Assembly: GCA_965250005.1 (NCBI GenBank)
Contig: OZ252279.1
Coordinates: forward strand, 840,001-872,000
Direction: 5' to 3'
DNA length: 32,000 nucleotides
Origin: Demequinaceae bacterium
GTDB taxonomy: Bacteria > Actinomycetota > Actinomycetes > Actinomycetales > Demequinaceae
The notes beneath the pieces were generated by a model, which was not told the origin of the DNA, did not search any database, and was given only the letters and a program-made list of their open reading frames with translations. Below are positions 18,050 to 27,598 of the stretch, one piece after another. Every line of letters begins with the position of its first letter. The first letter of the stretch is position 1. The position numbers and the translations under genes were made by a program.

Positions 18050-18856
18050 CTAGGTTTGCTCGACCGCGATACGAGCCACGTCGGCAAGCGACGTGGCTCG
18101 TATGAGCCCGCTCTCCTCGGCTGCTTCCATCTCATACGCTGGGATCTCGCGCGTCCGCACCCCCGGACGGTCGAGCCACGCTGATTGGAGCCCGGCATTG
18201 AGAGCGCCCAATCCGTCAATGTCGAATTCGTCGCCCACATAGAGCGTCTGACCTGGTTCCGTGCCGAGTTTCTCGCAGGCCAACAGGAAGACTCGGGGAT
18301 CCGGTTTGCCGACGAATCGCGGCGCTTGAGCGCCTGCGCCGGGAACATTTATAGGATTGGCGTTTCCGAATCCCAGCGTGTCCACGCCGACGAGCATGGG
18401 GACTCGCTCCAGACCAACGGCCGCGAGCTTGCCCGCTTGGTATCCGAATCGCGCATTACTTAGCGCGCCGTACGGGATCGCCTCAGCGTCAAGAAAATCG
18501 AGCAGCGGCGCGGCGTCGGGGTGCGCCACCCAGCCGTTCTGGAACGCCTGCTCGAACACGTCCACCCACTCGACGTACTCGTCGTCGCGGAGATCGGGTC
18601 CCTCGTACACCTGGTGCATGTCAACCACGCGCAGCTTGCGCTGCTCGAAGGCCGACGTCTCGCCGCGAGCGTGTGCGCGGTAGTGGCTGTAACGATCTGC
18701 GCGCCAGAACTCGGTGACCTCGAGCGCAGCTGCACCCGCCCGCAAGTGAGGGACGGCAACTACGGCGATCGCGTGCGCGAACGCCGCCTTGGTATCCACA
18801 AGTGTGTCGTCGATGTCGAGCAGCACTCCGTCAATGTCCCGCCCTCGCGCAGTCAC
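18050..18856 (-). CDS. HAD-superfamily hydrolase
   Basis: VLLDIDDTLVDT (motif I), GALSNAR (motif II), GKPDPRVF, YVGDEFDID; GTG start at 18856 inferred. Confidence 0.87.
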   Translation of the reverse strand: MTARGRDIDGVLLDIDDTLVDTKAAFAHAIAVVAVPHLRAGAAALEVTEFWRADRYSHYRAHARGETSAFEQRKLRVVDMHQVYEGPDLRDDEYVEWVDVFEQAFQNGWVAHPDAAPLLDFLDAEAIPYGALSNARFGYQAGKLAAVGLERVPMLVGVDTLGFGNANPINVPGAGAQAPRFVGKPDPRVFLLACEKLGTEPGQTLYVGDEFDIDGLGALNAGLQSAWLDRPGVRTREIPAYEMEAAEESGLIRATSLADVARIAVEQT

Positions 18857-18863
18857 GCCGGCA

Positions 18864-20345
18864 CTAGAGAGTGGCCCGGAGGCGGCGCAAGCGAGCGAGC
18901 GTAGACCCCTGTCCGAGTATCTCCATTGACTCGAATAGCGGCGGCGATACCAGCCGGCCGGTGACCGCGACCCGCAGCGGCCCGAAGGCGAACCGCGGCT
19001 TGATCTCCATCTTCTCCACGAGGACGACCTTGAGCGCGTCCTGCTGTGACTGAGCCGAGAAGTCCTCGAGCACATCAAGGACCGCGATCGACGCGTCAAG
19101 GATCTCGGCGGCATTGCCCGGTAGCTTGGCGATCGCCGCTACCTCGTACTCGATCCCGACGTCGGCGGTGAAGAAGAAACCGAGCATTCCCGGCGCCTCG
19201 CTGAGCATCTGAATGCGTTCTTGGACGAGCGGCGCAGCCGCAGCCAGAATGGCTTCTTCGTTCGGGAGCAAGTCGCGCACGGCTGACGCACTCACCACGC
19301 CCGCGGCGTGCAAGTACGGCACGAGCCTCACGACGAAATCCCCCATGGGCAAGAGCCGCATGTGTTCGGCGTTGATCGCCTCGGCCTTCTTCATGTCGAA
19401 CCGCGCGGGGTTGGAATTGACGTCGACAACGTCGAACGCGGTGATCATCTCGTTAAGAGTGAAGACGTCGCGGTCGGCCGAGATGCTCCAGCCGAGCAGC
19501 GCCAAGTAGTTCAGCAGGCCCTCGGGCAGGAAGCCGCGGTCACGGTGGTGGAGCAAGTTGGATTCAGGTTGGCGCTTGCTGAGCTTCTTGTTGCCCTCGC
19601 CGGTGACCATCGGCAGGTGCGCGAACGTAGGCACGGCATCGCCAATGCCCAATTCCACGAGCGCCCTGTGAAGAGTGATCTGGCGGGGAGTAGAACTCAA
19701 CAGGTCCTCGCCCCGAAGCACGTGCGTGATTTTCATCAGTGCATCGTCCACGGGGTTAACGAGCGTGTAGAGCGGGTCCCCATTGCCACGCACGATCACG
19801 AAGTCCGGGATGGAGCCCGCGGGAAATGTGACCTCGCCGCGCACCAAGTCAGTGAAGGTGATGTCCTCATCCGGCATGCGCACGCGTATGACGGGCTTGC
19901 GCCCCTCGGCAAGGTACGCAGCCTTCTGCTCGTTCGTCAGGTCGCGGTCAAAGCCGTCGTAACCGAGCTTGGGATCACGCCCGGCTGCCGAATGGCGCGC
20001 CTCGGTTTCATCGGGGGTGGAGAAGGACTCGTACGCATACCCGCCTTCGATCAGGCGACGAGCAACGTCGTCGTGCAGGTCTCGGCGTTGGCTCTGCCGG
20101 TACGGACCGTAGTCGCCGCCAACCTCGGGACCCTCGTCCCAGTCGAGACCGAGCCAGCGCAGCGACTCGAGCAGCTGCGTGTAAGACTCGTCCGAGTCGC
20201 GCGCGGCGTCCGTGTCCTCAATGCGGAAGACGAAATCCCCGCCCGTGTGCCGCGCGTACGCCCAGTTAAACAGCGCGGTGCGGATGAGTCCGACGTGAGG
20301 CGTGCCGGTAGGGGATGGACAGAAACGGACGCGAACCTTTGTCAA
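18864..20345 (-). CDS. gltX: glutamyl-tRNA synthetase
   Basis: [31 protein letters not shown] (HIGH-like), [14 protein letters not shown] (KMSKS-like); TTG start inferred. Confidence 0.96.
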   Translation of the reverse strand: MTKVRVRFCPSPTGTPHVGLIRTALFNWAYARHTGGDFVFRIEDTDAARDSDESYTQLLESLRWLGLDWDEGPEVGGDYGPYRQSQRRDLHDDVARRLIEGGYAYESFSTPDETEARHSAAGRDPKLGYDGFDRDLTNEQKAAYLAEGRKPVIRVRMPDEDITFTDLVRGEVTFPAGSIPDFVIVRGNGDPLYTLVNPVDDALMKITHVLRGEDLLSSTPRQITLHRALVELGIGDAVPTFAHLPMVTGEGNKKLSKRQPESNLLHHRDRGFLPEGLLNYLALLGWSISADRDVFTLNEMITAFDVVDVNSNPARFDMKKAEAINAEHMRLLPMGDFVVRLVPYLHAAGVVSASAVRDLLPNEEAILAAAAPLVQERIQMLSEAPGMLGFFFTADVGIEYEVAAIAKLPGNAAEILDASIAVLDVLEDFSAQSQQDALKVVLVEKMEIKPRFAFGPLRVAVTGRLVSPPLFESMEILGQGSTLARLRRLRATL

Positions 20346-20373
20346 TTGCGCTCCTCGCTTGGCCGGGTGCCGA

Positions 20374-21162
20374 TCATCGGCGAACCACGGGGTTCATGAG
20401 TACTCCGATACCTTCAATGTCTACTTCGATCCGGTCACCGTGGACCATTTTGGCCACCCCTGCGGGCGTTCCCGTGAGGATCACATCGCCCGGTAGCAGG
20501 GTCACCACCTCGGAGGCAATCTCGATCGCCGTAGCTACGTCGCGGATCATGTCGCTCGTATTGCCCCCCTGGCACGACTTGCCATTAAGTCGCGAACGAA
20601 TCTCGAGACTTGACGTGTCCAGTTCCGTCTCGATCCAGGGCCCAAGCGGCAGCGACGTGTCGAACGCCTTGGCCCGGAACCACTGGTCCTCGTTGCGCTG
20701 CAGGTCGCGCGCCGTCACGTCATTCGCGCACGTGTATCCGTACACGTAGTCAAGCGCGCGCTCGGCCGTGACGTCCTTGGCCATGCGGCCGATCACCACG
20801 GCCAGCTCTGCCTCAAATTGCACGTCTTCGCTGTAGTGCGGCAGGACGATCGGGTCGTCCGGACCAATCACGGACGTGTTCGGCTTGAGGAACAGGATCG
20901 GCACGTCCGAGTCCGGGCCGCGGCTCGGAATCTCTCTAGCGTGCGCCTCGTAGTTCTTGCCAAGGCAGACTGCCTTGGACCGCGGGATGATGGGAGCGAG
21001 CAGTCGCACGTTGTCGGAATCAAGCGGAACGCGCTCGCCCGTTGGCTGCCCGGGAACGAACATTGGGTCCCCCGAGAGCACTACCAGTTCCTCGGCCCCA
21101 GGGTCACCTTCGACCATGGCATAGCGAGGGTCCTGACCAGTGGTGAACCGTGCGATGCGCAT
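20374..21162 (-). CDS. fumarylacetoacetate hydrolase-family protein
   Basis: [15 protein letters not shown]; [18 protein letters not shown]; [10 protein letters not shown]; TGTPAGV. Confidence 0.9.
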   Translation of the reverse strand: MRIARFTTGQDPRYAMVEGDPGAEELVVLSGDPMFVPGQPTGERVPLDSDNVRLLAPIIPRSKAVCLGKNYEAHAREIPSRGPDSDVPILFLKPNTSVIGPDDPIVLPHYSEDVQFEAELAVVIGRMAKDVTAERALDYVYGYTCANDVTARDLQRNEDQWFRAKAFDTSLPLGPWIETELDTSSLEIRSRLNGKSCQGGNTSDMIRDVATAIEIASEVVTLLPGDVILTGTPAGVAKMVHGDRIEVDIEGIGVLMNPVVRR

Positions 21163-21211
21163 AGCCCCAGGGTAGTCGGTGCGGGCGGGCGCTCGACGCT
21201 ACCCTTCTTCC

Positions 21212-22378
21212 ATGGAGCCCGACAGCACCGAGACCGCCGGCCGCGCCAAAACGCGCGGCGCAGGCCGCTTGGTGGGAATCGACATTGTCCGCGGCCTCGC
21301 CGTGCTCGGCATGTTCGCCGGCCACGTGGGCGATTGGGGATCGCGAGACTCAAACGGTGACGGGTGGTGGCTGCTGTTCGTAGCCGACGGGCGCCCCTCC
21401 GCCACGTTCGCGCTGCTCGTCGGCGTCTCGATCGCGCTCATGCTGACCGGACGCAGCGGCTCGGCGCCACTCGTGGGTGCCCCGCCAGCGAACCCTCCCC
21501 ACACCCGACTGCGCGTGGTGGTGCGAGCTGGCCTCGTCATCGCCCTGGGCTACGCGCTCATCGCACTCCACACCCCCGTCGCGGTGATCCTGGTGTCGTT
21601 CGGGACCATGTTTGCGCTCGCGACCATCGCGCTCCGCTGGCCAACAAGAGTGCTACTCGCACTGGCCGCGCTCTTCGCGATCGGCGGGCCGTTCCTTCTG
21701 AGGTGGCTCCGACCCAAGATCTCAAACACTGAACTGTATGACTTTCCCGTGGTCGAGTCCCTGTGGTCGTTCTACTACCCTGGCATCGTGTGGATGGCCT
21801 ACATTTTGGTTGGCCTGGTGGTGGGCCGGCTGGCGCTCAGTGAAAAGGCCACGCGGGCACGGCTCGCGCTCTACGGCGGCGCGCTCGCGATTGCAGGATA
21901 TGTCATCGCCCCACTGCTCGGAGGCACGAGCCCGCTTCCCAACAGCACCGCAGGCACGCACTGGTGGCTGAGCGCCGTGCCACATTCGCGCGGCCCATTC
22001 TCGGCATACGCGCCACCCGAGGTGCTCGGAAACATCGGGTGGACTCTGCTATGGCTCGCCGTGTTCCTCGCTCTCGCGAAGCGGTTTCGCCAAGCATTCG
22101 CGCCCATCGCGGCCATCGGATCCATGGCGCTCACCATCTACGTCGCGCACATTCTCGTGATCTGGGCGATCGACCGGATGTCGAGCCGCCCGGGCGGCCA
22201 CCTCTTGGTCTACGAGCCGAACAACATCTCGCTCGTCGCGTTCTGGATAGTGGGGCTGTCCTTCGCGTGGGTGTGGAAGCGGAACCTCGGCGCGGGCCCA
22301 CTCGAGAAACTGATGACAGCGGTATCGACATGGATCGCCGATGCGCTGGTGGGAAAGCGATACTCCAGGCGAAGTTAG
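21212..22378 (+). CDS. DUF418 / heparan-alpha-glucosaminide N-acetyltransferase-like membrane protein
   Basis: GRLVGIDIVRGLAVLGMFAGHVG with multiple TM segments; C-terminal FAPIAAIGSMALTIYVAHILVIW. Confidence 0.75.
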   Translation: MEPDSTETAGRAKTRGAGRLVGIDIVRGLAVLGMFAGHVGDWGSRDSNGDGWWLLFVADGRPSATFALLVGVSIALMLTGRSGSAPLVGAPPANPPHTRLRVVVRAGLVIALGYALIALHTPVAVILVSFGTMFALATIALRWPTRVLLALAALFAIGGPFLLRWLRPKISNTELYDFPVVESLWSFYYPGIVWMAYILVGLVVGRLALSEKATRARLALYGGALAIAGYVIAPLLGGTSPLPNSTAGTHWWLSAVPHSRGPFSAYAPPEVLGNIGWTLLWLAVFLALAKRFRQAFAPIAAIGSMALTIYVAHILVIWAIDRMSSRPGGHLLVYEPNNISLVAFWIVGLSFAWVWKRNLGAGPLEKLMTAVSTWIADALVGKRYSRRS

Positions 22379-22431
22379 ATCAGGCGCGTCGACTGACGCT
22401 CGCCACCGTCAAGCGTCGGTAGAGTCGAAAC

Positions 22432-22932
22432 GTGTCCAAGAAGAAGCTCACGGGCGGATCCACTCCCGCCATCGTCGCGCTTGAGCGCGCGGGCGTGGCG
22501 CACACGCTGCACCCGTACGAGCACGATCCGGCCAGCGACCTAGGCTACGGGCTGGAAGCGGCCGCTGCCATTGGTGTCGCCCCCGATCAAGTCTTCAAGA
22601 CGCTGTGCGTGCTGGCCGACGGCGAGCTCGCCATGGGCATCGTGCCCGTGGACTCGACGCTCGATCTCAAGGCGATGGCCGCCGCACTGGGCGCGAAGAA
22701 GGCGAGTATGGCTCCGGTGGCGGACGCCGAGCGCGCGACGGGCTACGTGGTGGGCGGGATATCGCCCATTGGTGGCCGCAAACAGCTCAGCGCCGCACTC
22801 GACGGTTCCGCCCTCAGGTTCGACGCCGTGTATGTGAGCGGCGGGCGCCGGGGCCTGGACGTAGGGCTCGCGCCCGCAGACCTGGTGGCGACCATCGGCG
22901 CCACGACCGCGTCCATCGCGAGGCGCGACTAG
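22432..22932 (+). CDS. ybaK: Cys-tRNA(Pro)/Cys-tRNA(Cys) deacylase, YbaK/EbsC family
   Basis: STPAIVALERAGVAHTLHPYEHDP; VFKTLCVLADGELAMGIVPV; YVVGGISPIGGRKQLSAALD; GTG start. Confidence 0.9.
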   Translation: MSKKKLTGGSTPAIVALERAGVAHTLHPYEHDPASDLGYGLEAAAAIGVAPDQVFKTLCVLADGELAMGIVPVDSTLDLKAMAAALGAKKASMAPVADAERATGYVVGGISPIGGRKQLSAALDGSALRFDAVYVSGGRRGLDVGLAPADLVATIGATTASIARRD

Positions 22933-23681
22933 TGGGGCTCGAACTCTCCCCCGGCGCGCAAGGCTGGGACTACGCGACTCGCCTGAACGAGGCGCGGGCA
23001 CGCGTGGACATCGCTGAGGCGCAGTCGGGCCGCGCGGGGTCCGGATGTCGCGTGATGGTGGCGACCAAGTCGTTCGACGCGGACGCCGTGCGCGCCGTGT
23101 GCACGGCGGGCGCGCTGCTCGTGGGCGAGAACCGGGCGCAAGAACTCGCCGCCAAGGGGCCCGCGCTTCGAGAGACGAAGGCCCGCGTCCACGTGATCGG
23201 CCCACTCCAGCGAAACAAGGCGCGCGAGGCGGTCGCCTGGGCTGACTGCGTCCAGACGGTGGACACCATCGAACTCGCCGAGCGGCTGTCCCGCCTGTGC
23301 GTCGAGGCCGAGCGCAAGCTCAACGTGATGATCCAAGTGAACGTCACCGGCGAGCCGCAGAAGCACGGCGTCGCGCCCGACGCCGCTCGCCAGCTGGCCG
23401 CAGCTGTCGCCGCCCTGCCCGCGCTCACCGTGACGGGGTTCATGACCGTCGGGCTCGACTCCCCAGACCAGGCGGCCGTCCGCGCCGGCTACGCGACGCT
23501 GCGCGAGATCCGCGATCGCAACCTGATCCTCGCCGAGCGCGGAGAGAACCCCGAGTTGGCGACCGCGTGGGAACTGTCGATGGGCATGTCGAGAGACCTC
23601 GAGTGGGCCGTCGCTGAAGGCGCGACCATGGTGCGTATCGGCACCGCAATCATGGGCGAGAGACTGCCCCGAGGTCACTAG
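22932..23681 (+). CDS. YggS-family PLP homeostasis protein
   Basis: RVMVATKSFDADAVRAVCTAGALLVGENRAQEL; VHVIGPLQRNKAREAV; IQVNVTGEPQKHG; LSMGMSRDLEWAVAEGATMVRIGTAIMG. GTG start overlaps the ybaK stop. Confidence 0.92.
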   Translation: MGLELSPGAQGWDYATRLNEARARVDIAEAQSGRAGSGCRVMVATKSFDADAVRAVCTAGALLVGENRAQELAAKGPALRETKARVHVIGPLQRNKAREAVAWADCVQTVDTIELAERLSRLCVEAERKLNVMIQVNVTGEPQKHGVAPDAARQLAAAVAALPALTVTGFMTVGLDSPDQAAVRAGYATLREIRDRNLILAERGENPELATAWELSMGMSRDLEWAVAEGATMVRIGTAIMGERLPRGH

Positions 23682-23689
23682 CCGGCGGA

Positions 23690-24232
23690 CTAGCCGACGA
23701 GCGTCAAGTCCTCGAGCACGTACCCGGGAAATGTCACGCCCGTGAGCGTCACGTTGTATCCGCCCTCAAGCTGGTCGATCACGATGTTTCCCGTACTCCC
23801 AGGGCCGAGTGCTTCCAGCGGGCCGGTGCCATCGGGGTCGAGGTAGACGCAGATGCCATTTGCGCTGCAGTCGAGCGCGAACGTGCCAAGCTGTCCCGTC
23901 CACCCTGCGCCGTAGAGCGTGTAGAGCTCGATGCCAACGAACAAATCAGAGTCGTTGGTGTGGATGTGGTAATACGGGTCGGCCGGATTGGTCTCGACAA
24001 ATAGGTAGAAGAGCTCCGTCAGCGCGCTCGGGTCGACCGTGACGGAGACGTTGCCTTCCGCATCGGGGTCGCCTAGCGTGACGGGCGCGCCGGAAGCCTC
24101 GTCCGTGGGGGCGTTCGTGGTCTCTTCTGGGGGAGTCACTGGCGTCTCCTCATCCGAGTTCGCCGCCGTGGAGCAGCCGGCCACGAACAGGACCGCCGAC
24201 GCCGTCGCCACTGCAAGAGTTTTCCGAATCAT
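23690..24232 (-). CDS. putative lipoprotein
   Basis: MIRKTLAVATASAVLFVAGCSTAANSDEETPVTPP: clear lipobox; Thr/Pro/Glu-rich linker and a folded-looking domain. Confidence 0.75.
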   Translation of the reverse strand: MIRKTLAVATASAVLFVAGCSTAANSDEETPVTPPEETTNAPTDEASGAPVTLGDPDAEGNVSVTVDPSALTELFYLFVETNPADPYYHIHTNDSDLFVGIELYTLYGAGWTGQLGTFALDCSANGICVYLDPDGTGPLEALGPGSTGNIVIDQLEGGYNVTLTGVTFPGYVLEDLTLVG

Positions 24233-24363
24233 GATCTTCTCCCCAAAACTAGTTAGCAGCCAGGCTACGGCCAGGCGTGACCGGCGTCCACTCATGGGCG
24301 AAGCCCGACGCACGCGAAGGCCCCTAACTAGTCGGAATCGCCCATGCTAGTTACCCTTGCTCC

Positions 24364-25086
24364 ATGACCGACAAAGCCCAAATGCCCAGCCCGTTCGAGG
24401 GCCCGGACGAGGCGAAGGTCTCTGGCAGACTCAACTGGCTGCGGGCCGGAGTCCTTGGCGCGAATGATGGCATCGTTTCCGTCGCCGCCCTGGTGGTCGG
24501 CGTTGCCGCAGCGACCGACGTGGACGCGACCATCGCGACCGCCGGGCTCGCAGGGATCGCAGCGGGAGCGCTCTCGATGGGCGTGGGCGAATACGTATCC
24601 GTGTACAGCCAGCGCGACGCTGAGGAAGCTCAGATTGCTCGCGAGAAAGTCTGGCACAAGGCGCGCCCGCAATGGGAACTTCAGCAGTTGGTACGCCTAA
24701 ATATGGAGACCGGGATGTCCATCAAGGTGGCCGAGCAGGCCGCCAAAGAACAGACAGCGCATGACCCACTGGCCATCCACGCGCTCATGCACCTAGGCGT
24801 CGACCCAGACGAGCTCACCAGCCCGATCCAGGCTGGCATCGCTTCGCTCATCGCGTTCACCGTTGGGGGCATCGCGCCCATCGCCACCATCTTGTTGGGG
24901 TCGGAGCAGTGGCGCATCCCGCTGACGTTCATTGCCGTGCTTGCGGCACTTGCCCTGACCGGAACGCTATCCGCGCGCGTCGCTCACTCTCCCTACCGGC
25001 GCGCAATCCTCCGCAACGTGCTCGGTGGCGCGGTCGCCATGACCGTCACGTATGGCATCGGCCTATTGGTTGGCGCCGTGGTCTAG
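24364..25086 (+). CDS. VIT1/CCC1-family transporter
   Basis: GRLNWLRAGVLGANDGIVSVAALVVGVAAA; AGIAAGALSMGVGEYVSVYSQRDAEEAQI. Confidence 0.93.
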   Translation: MTDKAQMPSPFEGPDEAKVSGRLNWLRAGVLGANDGIVSVAALVVGVAAATDVDATIATAGLAGIAAGALSMGVGEYVSVYSQRDAEEAQIAREKVWHKARPQWELQQLVRLNMETGMSIKVAEQAAKEQTAHDPLAIHALMHLGVDPDELTSPIQAGIASLIAFTVGGIAPIATILLGSEQWRIPLTFIAVLAALALTGTLSARVAHSPYRRAILRNVLGGAVAMTVTYGIGLLVGAVV

Positions 25087-25139
25087 AGCGCTGCGGCACT
25101 CGGTCACCTGTGAAGCGACACCGCCACCCGGCGCGCCCG

Positions 25140-26747
25140 CTATTTGGCGGCGACGCCCGCGTGAATCAACCCGTAGGTGAGCGCTTCGGTGAGCGCCTCC
25201 CATGAGGCCTCGATGACGTTGGGGCCTACACCCACCGTGCGCCACCGGCCACCGGCCTCGGTGTCGATTGTGGTGATGAGGACGCGCGTGACGGCGTCCG
25301 TGCCGTGGGACGCGTCCAGGATTCGCACCTTGAAGTCGGACAGCTCAAAGCGGTTGATCTCCGGGTAGAAGCCTTCGACGGCCTGGCGCAGCGCGTGGTC
25401 GAGCGCGTTAACGGGGCCATTGCCCTCGCCGGTAGTGACAACCCGCTCGCCTCCGGCGACCATCTTGACGATAGCGTCGGCGTCCGCTTGCGTCGGGTCG
25501 TCCGCGGCGGTCTCGACATTGCAACGCCACGACTCCGTCTTCCAGTACTGCGGGCGGTCGCCCATCTCCTCGCGCAGCAACAACTCGAAAGACGCGTCGG
25601 CGGCGTCGAAGGTGTACCCGGATGCCTCGGCGTTCTTGACGCGCTCAGTCACTCGGCCCAGAAGCTCCTTCTGGCCAGCAAGATCGAACCCGAGCTCCTT
25701 GCCCTTCAGCTCGATCGACGCGCGGCCGGCCATCTCCGAGACCAACATGCGCATGGTGTTGCCCACGTAGGCGGGCTCCGTGTGCTGGTACAGGTCCGGA
25801 TCCACCTTAATGGCGCTCGCGTGGAGGCCGGCCTTGTGCGCGAATGCGCTGGCGCCCACGTACGGCTGGCGAGCGTACGGAGTGATGTTGGTGATCTCGC
25901 TGACCGCGTGCGAGATGCGTGCAGCGTCCTTGAGGCCGTCGCCCTTGAGTGCGACCATGCCACGTTTAAGTGCGAGGTTCGCCAGCACCGAGACGATGTC
26001 TGCGTTGCCCGTGCGCTCGCCATAGCCGTTGACGCATCCTTGAACGTGCGTGGCGCCTGCGGCCACGGCCGCCATCGAGTTGGCGACCGCGCAGCCCGAG
26101 TCGTTGTGCGCGTGCATGCCGAGCGCCGCATGCTTCTGCGCCGCAGTCTTGGCGACGACGGCCGCGACGATGCTCTGGACGTCGTCCGGGAGCATCCCGC
26201 CGTTGGTGTCGCACAGCACCAGGGTGTCGGCTCCGGCTTCGGCGGCGGCGAGTAGCGCCTTCACCGCGTAGTCAGGATCAAAGTTATAGCCGTCAAAGAA
26301 GTGCTCGGCGTCGAGGATCACCCGGCGGTCGTGCTCCACCAGAAGGGCGACGGTGTCACGGATCATCTCAAGGTTGTTCTCGCCCGTGGTCTTGAGCGCG
26401 CGCTCGACGTGGCGGATGTCCGACTTTGCGACGAGCGTGATGATGGGCGCCTCGGAATCGAGCAGCGCACGCACCTGCGCGTCGGCCGATGCTGTGGTGT
26501 CGGCCTTGCGCGTCGACCCGAACGCGGCAAACTGCGCGTTCTTGAATTCGAGTTCTTTGTGCACGAGTGCGAAAAACTCCGTGTCCTTGGGCACTGCGCC
26601 GGGCCAGCCGCCCTCGATGATTCCCACGCCTAGCTCGTCGAGAAGTGGCGCGATGGCCATCTTGTCCGCCACAGAGAGGTTCATGCCCTCTTGCTGCGCA
26701 CCGTCGCGAAGGGTGGTGTCGTAGACCTCGATCTGCTGTCCAGCCAT
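25140..26747 (-). CDS. cimA: (R)-citramalate synthase
   Basis: IEVYDTTLRDGAQQEGMNLSVADKMAIAPLLDELGVGIIEGGWPGAVPKDTEFF; LCDTNGGMLPDDV; HAHNDSGCAVANSMAAVAAGATHVQGCVNGYGERTGNADI. Confidence 0.92.
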   Translation of the reverse strand: MAGQQIEVYDTTLRDGAQQEGMNLSVADKMAIAPLLDELGVGIIEGGWPGAVPKDTEFFALVHKELEFKNAQFAAFGSTRKADTTASADAQVRALLDSEAPIITLVAKSDIRHVERALKTTGENNLEMIRDTVALLVEHDRRVILDAEHFFDGYNFDPDYAVKALLAAAEAGADTLVLCDTNGGMLPDDVQSIVAAVVAKTAAQKHAALGMHAHNDSGCAVANSMAAVAAGATHVQGCVNGYGERTGNADIVSVLANLALKRGMVALKGDGLKDAARISHAVSEITNITPYARQPYVGASAFAHKAGLHASAIKVDPDLYQHTEPAYVGNTMRMLVSEMAGRASIELKGKELGFDLAGQKELLGRVTERVKNAEASGYTFDAADASFELLLREEMGDRPQYWKTESWRCNVETAADDPTQADADAIVKMVAGGERVVTTGEGNGPVNALDHALRQAVEGFYPEINRFELSDFKVRILDASHGTDAVTRVLITTIDTEAGGRWRTVGVGPNVIEASWEALTEALTYGLIHAGVAAK

Positions 26748-26802
26748 GGTGTCCTTCTCTCTTCAGACGGCTCGCCCGCGATGCACGCCGCTCCAATAAA
26801 AA

Positions 26803-26824
26803 AACCTCCCAGCATGGGGAGGTT
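26803..26824 (-). terminator. terminator/attenuator hairpin upstream of cimA
   Basis: Minus strand AACCTCCC-CATGCT-GGGAGGTT followed by TTTTT: 8-bp perfect stem, 6-nt loop, T-tract, ~55 nt before the cimA start. Confidence 0.85.
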
Positions 26825-26850
26825 GCGCGTCTGCCAAAAGGCTGACGCGC
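26825..26850 (-). promoter_or_regulatory. second hairpin abutting the terminator, candidate anti-antiterminator arm pair
   Basis: Minus strand GCGCGTC-A-GCC-TTTT-GGC-A-GACGCGC: 7 bp + mismatch + 3 bp, tetraloop; contiguous with the terminator hairpin. Confidence 0.7.
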
Positions 26851-26885
26851 TACTGAATAATGGTCGCGGTGTGCATCACGTTCAT
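26850..26885 (-). CDS. candidate leader peptide MNVMHTATIIQ for cimA attenuation
   Basis: Minus strand ATGAACGTGATGCACACCGCGACCATTATTCAGTAG; tandem Ile codons; stop codon touches the first hairpin. No clear Shine-Dalgarno. Confidence 0.5.
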   Translation of the reverse strand: MNVMHTATIIQ

Positions 26886-27035
26886 TGTGGCACAACGCGC
26901 GGTGCGATGGGTAGCGATTGGCGTGCAACCTCAATGGTGGCCGCATGTTGGTGGCCCGCCTGGACGCTCGGATCGAATCCTCCTCACCATGGGGCGCGAA
27001 TCCGATCTAACCTGTAGCGGAACTGGGAGGCGGGC

Positions 27036-27598
27036 TTGGCGCTACCATGGCCGGAAATCATGGGCGAGCTCGCGAACGAGCGAGGGCGGCAATTGTTTGG
27101 CTACGCCTACTTGCTCACGGGTTCGGCCGCGGACGCCGACGACCTGGTCCAGGCCGCATTCGTAAGGGAATTCTCCGCTCGTCGCTCCTGGCCCCACGGG
27201 GCGACACCCGAAGCCAACGTGCTGCGCGCCATCCGTACCCTCTGTATCGACCTCAAGCACCTCGCCCGCAGAAGCCACGGAGATCGCGACACCAAAGCGG
27301 ATCAACCCCTGCCCCCTCCCACACCGGGTGTGCACAAGCGGCCCGCGCTCGAGAATGCCCTCGCGTTGCTCAGCCCCCCGAGCGCACATGCGTAGTGATG
27401 CGATTCCTCGACGACATGACCTCGCAAGCGATCTCTACCGAGCTTGGCCTTACACCCGCAGCTGTCCGCGAGCACGTGAGCGACGGCGTGAAGCGCCTGG
27501 AGCAGGCGCTTGGAGATCTGGGGCTAACCGTGGATGACGTCTTCCATGGCGGCACCGAAACCGTGCTGGTAGTCACTCGAAAGGTGGCGACCTCATGA
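27036..27598 (+). pseudogene. sigma-70/ECF-like factor (module 5), reading frame interrupted near 27374-27379
   Basis: N-terminal frame: MALPWPEIMGELANERGRQLFGYAYLLTGSAADADDLVQAAFVREFSARR...ENALALLSPP. C-terminal frame: ERTCVVMRFLDDMTSQAISTELGLTPAAVREHVSDGVKRLEQ. The halves join across a C6 tract with a one-base frame difference. Confidence 0.7.

Noticed and set aside
19308-20399. 363-aa plus-strand ORF
   Set aside because: Antisense to gltX.
27374-27379. Programmed -1 frameshift in the module 5 sigma gene as the primary explanation
   Set aside because: The heptamer fits formally, but no stimulatory structure was established and a homopolymer indel or assembly error is more likely; reported only as a frame break.
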